64,000 nucleotides of DNA from a bacterium. GTDB lineage: Bacteria; UBA8248. Shown here piece by piece: positions 10,071-17,798 of this stretch. The stretch covers positions 1,536,001 through 1,600,000 of the forward strand of contig OZ244799.1 in NCBI GenBank assembly GCA_965219955.1, written 5' to 3'. A program made the translations under genes and the position numbers. Each line of letters begins with the position of its first letter. Position 1 is the first letter of the stretch. Under the pieces are notes generated by a model that searched no databases, was not told the DNA's origin, and saw only the letters and a list, made by a program, of their open reading frames with translations.

Positions 10071-10631
10071 GGAGCCGTTGAATCACCCCGATGAACGAGG
10101 ATTTGACGCGAGCGATGAAAGCGCAAGATAGATTCCCCCTTGGGGGTCATTACTTCTCAATGAGAGAGGAAATTTACTCCCCCCTTGAGAGGGCCTGTTG
10201 AGAAACCCTCATCAATCGTGCTCGACACGTAGGGGCGGGCCTCTGTGCCCGCCCGTATGAGGGATGTCTATCCCTATAGTTTCCCCGGACAGGCACGGAG
10301 GCCTGTCCCTACGGTGAACAATCTCGAAGAGCGGAAAGGATTTTCAACAACCCCTCAAGGGGGGAGTGATTGCCGAACTCCGAGATTACCCACCGTCATT
10401 CCGGCGAAAGCCGGAATCCATTTTACGCCTTTTGCTTTTCGTCCAGGTTCCCGCGCATCGGCGGGGAATGAAACGCCGCCGCGTATTCACCCGCGCCCGC
10501 AAATGGATTCCGGTCAATCCCTCCTTTATCGGTCGGGACTGATGCCGGAATGACGAGCAAAAGCGGGTTCGGGGCGCCTTCCCTGATCGGTCGGGTCAAA
10601 TCCTCGTTCATCAACGCTTATTCAACAACCC
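10071..10631. mobile_element. Nested non-autonomous MITE/REPIN-like element
   Basis: Perfect 18-bp inverted repeat gatgaacgaggatttgac (10090-10107)/gtcaaatcctcgttcatc (10595-10612) with outer GTTGAA/TTCAAC ends, enclosing a REP doublet and a gtcattccggc…ccggaatgac pair. Confidence 0.7.
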
Positions 10632-10648
10632 CGTATGCGGAGGCGCGC

Positions 10649-11566
10649 TCAGGCGTCCTGATCGAGGAACGCTCGATAGATATCCTCGCGGTGCGTCGGC
10701 GGGTCGAAGCGGTATTCCTGTTCGTATTTCTGCGCCAGCACCTGGTAGAGACCCAGCGAATTGCAGAAGAACGCGTTCGACGAGCAGACCAGCCAGACGC
10801 GGTAGATCCGGTAGGTGCGCTCACCGACGAGTTCCCTGATGCGCTCGGCGTTCTCTTCGAATTTCTCGTACCAGTGCTTGCAGGTCCGCGCGTAGTGGAG
10901 CCTCAGATTCTCCACGTCCAGAATCTCCCAGCGCGCGAGCTCCATCACGTCCTGGATGTGGGAGATGTTGTCCATCTCCCCGTTGGGAAAGACGTTGCGC
11001 AGCAGGAATTCGTTCTGGCTCGTGGGTTTCCAGAACTTGTTCGTCGTGATCCCGTGGTTCAGGAACAAGCCCCCGTCGCGCAGGCGGTTCCTCACCGAGG
11101 TGAAGTAGCTCATGTAGTTCGCGATGCCGACGTGCTCGATGATGCCGATGGCGGATATCTTGTCGAACGTCCTCGCCTCGGGGAAATCGCGGTAATCCAT
11201 GTGATGGATCTCGCACCTCTCCTCGATACCCTCGCGGCGCGCCCACTCCTGGCCCCATTTGGCCTGCTCGCGCGAGAGCGTGACGGCTGTGGCGTTCACG
11301 CCGTAGTGCTTCGCCGCCCATATCGCCAGCGAACCCCACCCGCAGCCGATATCGAGGTAATCCTCGCCGGGCGAGAGCCTGAGCTTCCGGCAGACCAGGT
11401 CCATCTTGTCGCGCTGCGCCTGGGCGAGATCGCCGCCCGGTTCGCGGTAATAGGCGCACGTGTAGAGCATGTTCTCGCACAGGAACTGCTCATAAAACTC
11501 GTTGGAGAGGTCGTAGTGGTGCGATATCGCCTCTGCGTCGAATTCTTTTGTTCGCTCTTTTACCAT
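10649..11566 (-). CDS. Cyclopropane-fatty-acyl-phospholipid-synthase-family SAM methyltransferase (catalytic domain only)
   Basis: 'ISHHYDLSNEFY', 'YTCAYY', 'LDIGCGWG', 'IGIIEHVG', 'VENLRLHYARTC'. Confidence 0.9.
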   Translation of the reverse strand: MVKERTKEFDAEAISHHYDLSNEFYEQFLCENMLYTCAYYREPGGDLAQAQRDKMDLVCRKLRLSPGEDYLDIGCGWGSLAIWAAKHYGVNATAVTLSREQAKWGQEWARREGIEERCEIHHMDYRDFPEARTFDKISAIGIIEHVGIANYMSYFTSVRNRLRDGGLFLNHGITTNKFWKPTSQNEFLLRNVFPNGEMDNISHIQDVMELARWEILDVENLRLHYARTCKHWYEKFEENAERIRELVGERTYRIYRVWLVCSSNAFFCNSLGLYQVLAQKYEQEYRFDPPTHREDIYRAFLDQDA

Positions 11567-11585
11567 GGCCGCCTCATTGTTTTGT

Positions 11586-12698
11586 TCAACCGATCCCGAA
11601 TGCGCCTTCCAGAACCAGTCGGCGTCTGAGCCATGCGTTGCCGCATATGAACTTCGCCACGCCGAAAAGAACCTTATCGGGAAGACGATCGATCAATTTA
11701 TCGAACAACCCTTCCCCGCCGCCTCCGTATTTCGCATAAAGCGCCTCGCCGTATTCCGCGAGGCCTTTCCCCGTCTCCAGATACTGAACCGCGGCCTCGG
11801 CCGCCATTTTAGCACTATAGACGGCGGGGCCGATGCCCTCCCCGCTGAAATCCTTGGCGAGTCCTGCGGCGTCGCCGATGAGCGCGAAGCCCTCGCCCGC
11901 GGGCCGCCGCACGTGCACCCGGTGCACCGAGTAGGCGTGGCCCCGGAATTTCGTGAGCTCCATCCCGGCGGACAGCCTGCCCGTCTCGCGGAATTTCTCG
12001 AGCAGGATTTCGAGGCGCTCGTGGACGCTCGGCTTCTTGCCGATGCAGCCCACGCCGATGTTCAGAAAATCCCCCTTTGTGAAGTACCACGCATAGCCCT
12101 TGAAGTCGGGCTCGGCGAACAACTCGGGCAAGCCGTAGTTGGGCGCCAGGGCGCGGAGCTTCTCGGCGCCCACGTTCGTCTCGCTCTCCTGCGTCAAGAC
12201 GACCGATTCTTCCGAGGAGACGTCGCCAAACGCCCTCGCGACCGGACAGGTGTGTCCGCCCGCGCCGATGACGACGGGAACATGTATTTTTTCATCACCC
12301 GTATCCACCCTCATCCCGTCTTCCGTCTTCTCCACGCCGCGGACGCGCACGCCCTCGCGGACTTCCGCACCCTCTTCCTGCGCGCGCCTCAGGAGCCAGG
12401 TGTCGAACTGGCTCCTGATGATCCCGTAGCTCGCGGGCTCGCTCCACCTCGTCTCGAGCAGCTTGTCGTCATAGCCCACGAACACGCTCTGGAACGGCTG
12501 TATGGTGTGGGGGTATTCAGCGGGGTCGAGCTTCAGGTCAGCCATCACCTGCTTCGTCACCCAGCCGGCGCAGAGCTTCACGCGCGGGAACGCGGCCGCA
12601 TCGAGCACGAGGACGCGGCGGCCGCGCCTGGCCAGCTCCCAGGCGGCCGTGCTGCCCCCCGGGCCTCCTCCGACGACGATGACTTCGGGCGCGCTCAT
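11586..12698 (-). CDS. Geranylgeranyl-reductase-family FAD-dependent oxidoreductase
   Basis: 'VVGGGPGGS', 'FPRVKLCAG', 'GYAWYF', 'IGDAAG..SGEGI'; the likely start ATG 12698 overlaps the upstream stop (ATGA). Confidence 0.88.
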   Translation of the reverse strand: MSAPEVIVVGGGPGGSTAAWELARRGRRVLVLDAAAFPRVKLCAGWVTKQVMADLKLDPAEYPHTIQPFQSVFVGYDDKLLETRWSEPASYGIIRSQFDTWLLRRAQEEGAEVREGVRVRGVEKTEDGMRVDTGDEKIHVPVVIGAGGHTCPVARAFGDVSSEESVVLTQESETNVGAEKLRALAPNYGLPELFAEPDFKGYAWYFTKGDFLNIGVGCIGKKPSVHERLEILLEKFRETGRLSAGMELTKFRGHAYSVHRVHVRRPAGEGFALIGDAAGLAKDFSGEGIGPAVYSAKMAAEAAVQYLETGKGLAEYGEALYAKYGGGGEGLFDKLIDRLPDKVLFGVAKFICGNAWLRRRLVLEGAFGIG

Positions 12699-13051
12699 TC
12701 CGCGAGTTTCCATATGCGCAGGGCGATCTTGAATTTCTGAATCGTGCCCAATTCGACCGTCTCCATGCTGTCGGCCACCTTCATGACTTCGAACAGGTCG
12801 CCCTCGACGTCGATGACCGAGTCGCAATAGGCTTCGGCGAAGGCGTCGGCGCTGGGGTTCAGCATGACGCGCTTGAAGGCGTCGAGCGAGGGAAACGCCA
12901 CCTCGATGGCCAGCGCCTCGCGGCCCACCGAGAGCGTCGTCCCGTCCCACAGGCGGAAGCTGAGCCCGTAGTCGAGACCGCCGAAGACGTCGCGGAGAAT
13001 CCCGGCGGCCCCCGAAGCGGCGGAGTTGTTTTGCGCGGTAGATGTATCCAT
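12695..13051 (-). CDS. Stand-alone N-terminal lipid-binding-like domain of Cfa-type proteins
   Basis: 'FRLWDG', 'AFAEAY..IDVEGDLFEV' resemble the N-terminal domain normally fused to Cfa methyltransferases. Confidence 0.7.
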   Translation of the reverse strand: MDTSTAQNNSAASGAAGILRDVFGGLDYGLSFRLWDGTTLSVGREALAIEVAFPSLDAFKRVMLNPSADAFAEAYCDSVIDVEGDLFEVMKVADSMETVELGTIQKFKIALRIWKLAE

Positions 13052-13621
13052 GACTTCATCCTCCTATGCGGTGTCCAAAGGGGATGATCGTTCGACGGGC
13101 GTTCTTTCTTGCGACTCGTTCATGGCCTCGTGCAGCGGGCGAAAACCGAACTCAAAATACAACCTTTCCTCTATTTTGAATAAACGCTCACAGCCCATTC
13201 TGTCAACCCTTTTTTTCGGATGGCTGGCAGGTCCTCCGCCCGAGCGCGCTTCACCCATGGCCGCCACTCCGGCGCATGACGGAATAACGGCAAGCCGGAC
13301 ATCCATTTGCAGGGTCCGCTCACGAACGCGGGCCTTTTCAGAACGACCCCGGCAGGATTATGGCAAATGCAAAATCCCCCGGCTCTCAAAGGGGGATGAC
13401 TGCAAACCGCGCAAGGCCGAATTTCAATACTCTTGCAACATTCAGGCGCAGTCCTTATATTGGAATTAGGAACACGCTCATAAAGAGCATGCCGACATGG
13501 AAAGGACGCTTCCTTTCCGCGCCGGCGCCCCGCTGATGAGGAGGATGAAAACGACTCGGAACAGTTAATGACAGGGTTGCCGTGAGCCAATACAAGATTT
13601 CGTGGGGGAGTTACCGCAATC

Positions 13622-14362
13622 ATGAGTACATTTATCCTGCCTTTCGTTTTGTCCCTGCTTTTTCTCCTCCTCCCGGACGCTTCCCTGGCGAAGTACAAGG
13701 TCGCGCCCGTCAAAGGCGGCGGCGTCATCACCGGCAAAGTGCGCTTCGAGGGAAAGGTTCCCGCCCCCGTCAAATACATCATCACCAAGGACCAGCACGC
13801 CTGCGGCAAGGGCCAGGTCACCCGCCAGGAGGTGGACGTGAAAGACGGCGCCCTCAGGGGCGTGGTCGTCTATCTCGACAAGGTCAAGAAGGGCAAGGCG
13901 TATCCCAAGGAAATCCAGAGCGCCGTGGTGGACCAGAAGAAGTGCGCCTACGTCCCCTACCTCCAGGTCGTCGCCGAGGGGGGCAAGGTCACCATCCTGA
14001 ACAGCGACGACGCCCACCATAACATCCACACCTACGAGATCATCGGCCGGGCGAAGCGCTCCATGTGGAACATCTCCCAGCCCAAGCAGCGCAAGAAGGT
14101 CGTCCGCCGGGCGAAGGTCCGGCGCAGCCCCATCGTCCGGGTCGAGTGCGACGTGCACAACTGGATGAAGGGCTTTCTCTTCGTGGCCCGGAACCCCTAC
14201 TACGCGCTCGTGGGCGCGGACGGGAGCTTCGAGATCACCGGCGTCCCGCCGGGGAAATACTCGCTGCGGGCGTGGCACCCGGCCCTGGGGGTCAAGAAGA
14301 AGAAGATCGCCGTATCCGCCGGGGGAAAGAAGGCCGCTGCCTTCACGTTTACTTCGAAATAA
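13622..14362 (+). CDS. Secreted carboxypeptidase-regulatory-like/cupredoxin-like protein
   Basis: Signal peptide; 'VDQKKCAYVP', 'NSDDAHHNIH', 'CDVHNWM' (C-x2-H-x2-M), 'GSFEITGVPPGKYSLRAWH'. Confidence 0.75.
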   Translation: MSTFILPFVLSLLFLLLPDASLAKYKVAPVKGGGVITGKVRFEGKVPAPVKYIITKDQHACGKGQVTRQEVDVKDGALRGVVVYLDKVKKGKAYPKEIQSAVVDQKKCAYVPYLQVVAEGGKVTILNSDDAHHNIHTYEIIGRAKRSMWNISQPKQRKKVVRRAKVRRSPIVRVECDVHNWMKGFLFVARNPYYALVGADGSFEITGVPPGKYSLRAWHPALGVKKKKIAVSAGGKKAAAFTFTSK

Positions 14363-14395
14363 GACCGGATTTCCGGCCCAGGGGGGCGCAAGGAA

Positions 14396-14914
14396 ATGGG
14401 CATGAGACCGCATACGGAGAAACCACCAAAGAGGCGAGCCGTTCGCTATGCGGCCGTTGGTTTTTCCGTCCTGCTGCTCACGGCGGGGCCCGCGGGCACG
14501 GCCGGCGCTCAAGCCTACAAAAATTCCATGCCGGGGCATTCCGGGGGAGCCGGTATGCGCCACGGACACAAGGGAGACGTGGTTCCCTGCACCCACACCA
14601 TGCCGGCAAAACACGTGAAACCGCCCCCGGGCGCGAGCACCGGGAAGATCGTCATCCAGTCGCCCGCCAACGGTGGCGTCGTCCGCTCCCGCACAGTGAA
14701 GGTCATCTTCGATGTCCGGAACAAGGGGGTCCTGGACGACCACATCCATATCTACCTGGACGGCCGCTGTCAGAACATGATCAGACAGGGGGGGTCCTAT
14801 CACATCAGTGGCCTCAGAGACGGAAAACACACCATCGAATTGCGGCTCGTCACCAGGGAACACGTCGAATACGGGCCAAAGGCCAGGGTTGATATTGTCG
14901 TTCGGCACAAATGA
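14396..14914 (+). CDS. Secreted His/Met-rich Ig-like protein, possibly metal-binding
   Basis: Signal peptide ending AQA; 'MPGH..MRHGH', 'IQSPANG', 'DHIHIYLDG', 'GKHTIEL'. Start may be 14402. Confidence 0.65.
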   Translation: MGMRPHTEKPPKRRAVRYAAVGFSVLLLTAGPAGTAGAQAYKNSMPGHSGGAGMRHGHKGDVVPCTHTMPAKHVKPPPGASTGKIVIQSPANGGVVRSRTVKVIFDVRNKGVLDDHIHIYLDGRCQNMIRQGGSYHISGLRDGKHTIELRLVTREHVEYGPKARVDIVVRHK

Positions 14915-14967
14915 GACGTATGTCCGACAGGGGATAGCGTCATAAGATAGAACAGCCAGCCAGGGAG

Positions 14968-16083
14968 GTGCGAAGAATGGACTTGTTTCGCGTTGTTCGG
15001 CGCCGGCTACTCTGCGGAATCCTGCTGAGCGCCTGGGTTCTGCTCCCCGCCGCGGGTTGGGGGGCTGCTCTCGCGCCCCTGCCGGCCCCCAAGGCCCAGA
15101 AGCCCGCGCAGGTCGAACTGGGCCGGTACCTGTTCTTCGACCCCCGGATGTCGGGGGACGGAGGGATCAGCTGCGCCACCTGCCACCAGCCCGCGAAGGG
15201 ATGGGGCGACGGGCAGGCGCTCTCGACGGGCTATCCGGGCAGCAAGTATTTCAGGAACGCCCAGACGCTCCTGAACGCCGCCTACAACAAGCGCGTCTTC
15301 TGGGACGGCCGCCTGAGCGGGGCCGACCTGCCCACGCTCGTGCGGGATCACCTGACGGAAGCCCACTTCATGCTGGTGGACGGGCGGCTGTTCCCCGAGC
15401 GCCTCAAGCAGGTGCCCCTGTACGTGAAGAAATTCAAGGAGGTCTACGGCGGGGAGCCTTCCTTCGGCGGCGCGCTCAAGGCCATCGCGGCGTTCCTGCA
15501 CACCATCGCTTCGGAGAACGCACCTTTCGATGCGTACTTGAAAGGCGACAAGAAAGCCCTTTCCGCCGAGGCGCAAAAGGGCTTCGCCCTGTTCAGCGGA
15601 AAGGCCGGTTGCGTTCAGTGCCATAACGGCGCCCTTTTGAGCGACGGCGGGTTCCACGCGCTCGGCGTTCCCGAGAACGAGCAGATATTCAAGGACCCGC
15701 TGCGCCACATCACCTTCCGCCGGTTCAACAAGGTCATCGGCGTCCCGAACTTCATGAACTTAAGAGCCGACCCGGGCCTCTACGTCGTGACCAAACAGGA
15801 GAGCGACCGGGGCAAGTTCCGCACGCCGACGCTGCGCGAAGTCGCGAAGACGGCGCCCTACATGCACAACGGCGCACTCGCCACGCTCGAAGAGGTCGTC
15901 GCCTTTTACGACAAGGGCGGCGGGAGCGGCCCGAACAAAAGCTCGCGGCTCAAGCCGCTGGGGCTTAGTGCGAATGAGAAGAAGGCACTGGTGGAGTTCC
16001 TGAAGAGCCTCTCGGGCCCGGCGGTCTCCGCGGCGGCGCCGAAAATTCCCGATTACGAACTTCGCAAACTCGGCGATAATTGA
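14968..16083 (+). CDS. idrP2: Di-heme cytochrome c peroxidase (CCP/MauG family), IdrP-type
   Basis: 'LGRYLFFDPRMSG..SCATCH', 'CVQCHNG', 'FRTPTLR..TAPYMHNG'; P1/P2 numbering is by synteny only and uncertain. Confidence 0.85.
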   Translation: MRRMDLFRVVRRRLLCGILLSAWVLLPAAGWGAALAPLPAPKAQKPAQVELGRYLFFDPRMSGDGGISCATCHQPAKGWGDGQALSTGYPGSKYFRNAQTLLNAAYNKRVFWDGRLSGADLPTLVRDHLTEAHFMLVDGRLFPERLKQVPLYVKKFKEVYGGEPSFGGALKAIAAFLHTIASENAPFDAYLKGDKKALSAEAQKGFALFSGKAGCVQCHNGALLSDGGFHALGVPENEQIFKDPLRHITFRRFNKVIGVPNFMNLRADPGLYVVTKQESDRGKFRTPTLREVAKTAPYMHNGALATLEEVVAFYDKGGGSGPNKSSRLKPLGLSANEKKALVEFLKSLSGPAVSAAAPKIPDYELRKLGDN

Positions 16084-16093
16084 GGAGACGGCC

Positions 16094-17233
16094 ATGAACG
16101 CGCGAATCAAAAACTGCTTCCTGGGTTCCACGATGGCCGCCTGCTTCATCGCCCTCCTCGTGACGGGAGGAGCAAGCGCGGCCCAGGAGGGGAAATTCCC
16201 CCCGCTGGGACCCTTGCCGCCGGTTCCGGTGCCTGCGGACAACCCCATGTCCGACGCCAAGGTGGAACTCGGCAAGCTGCTCTTCTTCGACGCCCGCCTC
16301 TCGGGCGACGCCAGCACGTCGTGCGCCTCCTGCCACAGCCCCGAGGCCGGCTGGGGAGACGGCGGGGACCTGAGCCGGGGCTACCCGGGCACGCAGCACT
16401 GGCGGAACTCCCAGACGATCCTGAACTCGGCCTATTACGCAAAACTGTTCTGGGCGGGCGAGTCGACGAGTCTCGAAGACCAGGCGAAGAGCGCCGCCAC
16501 GGGCAACGTGGCGGGAAACGGCGACACCATGATGATGGAGGAGCGCCTGCGCCAGATTCCCGAATACGTGAAACGCTTCCGCGAAGTGTTCGGGACCCCC
16601 TGGCCGACCATCGACGACGCCTGGCGGGCCATCTCGGCCTTCGAACGCACGGTGGTGTCCAACGCGAAGGACGTGCCGTTCGACCGCTACATGAAGGGCG
16701 ACAAGAAGGCGCTCCCGGACAGCGCGAAACGCGGGCTGGCTCTCTTCCAGGGAAAGGCGGGGTGCGTCCAGTGCCACAACGGCGCGCTCCTCTCGGATGA
16801 GGACTACCACAACGTCGGCGTCCCGAAGAACCCAGCGTTCGAGGAGGACCCTCTAAGGCAGATAACGCTTCGCTTTCAGCACGTCATCCGCGGCGTCCCC
16901 GAATCCGTCTACCGCAAGGCGGACCGGGACCTGGGGCTCTTCTACACCACCAAGCGCGAAGCCGATAAGGGGAGGTTCCGCACCCCGAGCCTGAGAGAGC
17001 TCAAATACACGGCGCCCTATATGCACAACGGCGCGTTTTTCGAGTTGGATGAGGTCATCGATTTTTACGACGAAGGGGGAGGCGAGGACGCGAACAAGAG
17101 TCCCCTCATCAAGAAACTGGGGCTTTCGGACGAGGAGAAAGAAGACCTGCTGGCCTTCCTGGAATCGCTCTCGAGCGATAAGCCCTTGCTCGTCCGGCCC
17201 CCCGAACTGCCGCCGTACGCGGCCATGCCGTAA
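16094..17233 (+). CDS. idrP1: Di-heme cytochrome c peroxidase (CCP/MauG family), IdrP-type
   Basis: 'LGKLLFFDARLSG..SCASCH', 'CVQCHNG', 'FRTPSLR..TAPYMHNG'; paralog of the upstream gene, adjacent to the Rieske subunit. Confidence 0.85.
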   Translation: MNARIKNCFLGSTMAACFIALLVTGGASAAQEGKFPPLGPLPPVPVPADNPMSDAKVELGKLLFFDARLSGDASTSCASCHSPEAGWGDGGDLSRGYPGTQHWRNSQTILNSAYYAKLFWAGESTSLEDQAKSAATGNVAGNGDTMMMEERLRQIPEYVKRFREVFGTPWPTIDDAWRAISAFERTVVSNAKDVPFDRYMKGDKKALPDSAKRGLALFQGKAGCVQCHNGALLSDEDYHNVGVPKNPAFEEDPLRQITLRFQHVIRGVPESVYRKADRDLGLFYTTKREADKGRFRTPSLRELKYTAPYMHNGAFFELDEVIDFYDEGGGEDANKSPLIKKLGLSDEEKEDLLAFLESLSSDKPLLVRPPELPPYAAMP

Positions 17234-17243
17234 GGAGGAATCC

Positions 17244-17786
17244 ATGACTCAGGAAGCCAAGGAAACCCGGCCTTGCGTCTCGCGGCGCGCCTTTCTCCTG
17301 GCCGGAGGAACCGCCATGAGCATCGTGCTGGTCCAGGGCATCCCCGGCCTGGCGGGCGCGGCCCTGCAGCGGGCGGAGTATCCCCGCCAAAAAATCGGCA
17401 GGCTCAGCGCCCTCAAGGTCGATGCGCCGCAATACTTCCAGTACCCGTGGAAGGACGTCTTCTCGGGCTGCATGCTGGTCAGGCTGGGCGACCGCGCAGG
17501 CGGCGGCGTCGGCCCCAGGCGGGACGTCGTGGCGTTCAGCACCCTCTGCACACACATGGGCGGCCCCCTCCAGGGCACCTATAACGCGCAGCACAAGGCC
17601 ATCGGCCCGTGTCCCTTTCATCTGACGACCTTCGACCTGATGAAGCACGGCATGGTCGGGGCGGGGCAGGCGACGGAGAGCCTCCCCCAGGTCGTTCTGG
17701 AGACCCGGGGAGACGACATCTACGCGATCGGCATGATGGGGCTGCTGTATGGTTATCACTCGAACCTGGCGCCGGTTCAGCGCTGA
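17244..17786 (+). CDS. idrB: AioB-like Rieske small subunit of putative iodate reductase
   Basis: ATG 17244 after AAGGAGG; Tat motif 'SRRAFLL'; 'GGVGP..DVVAFS.LCTHMG', 'CPFH', 'GQATESLPQ', 'GLLYG'. Confidence 0.88.
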   Translation: MTQEAKETRPCVSRRAFLLAGGTAMSIVLVQGIPGLAGAALQRAEYPRQKIGRLSALKVDAPQYFQYPWKDVFSGCMLVRLGDRAGGGVGPRRDVVAFSTLCTHMGGPLQGTYNAQHKAIGPCPFHLTTFDLMKHGMVGAGQATESLPQVVLETRGDDIYAIGMMGLLYGYHSNLAPVQR

Positions 17787-17798
17787 GGAGGAGGCATC

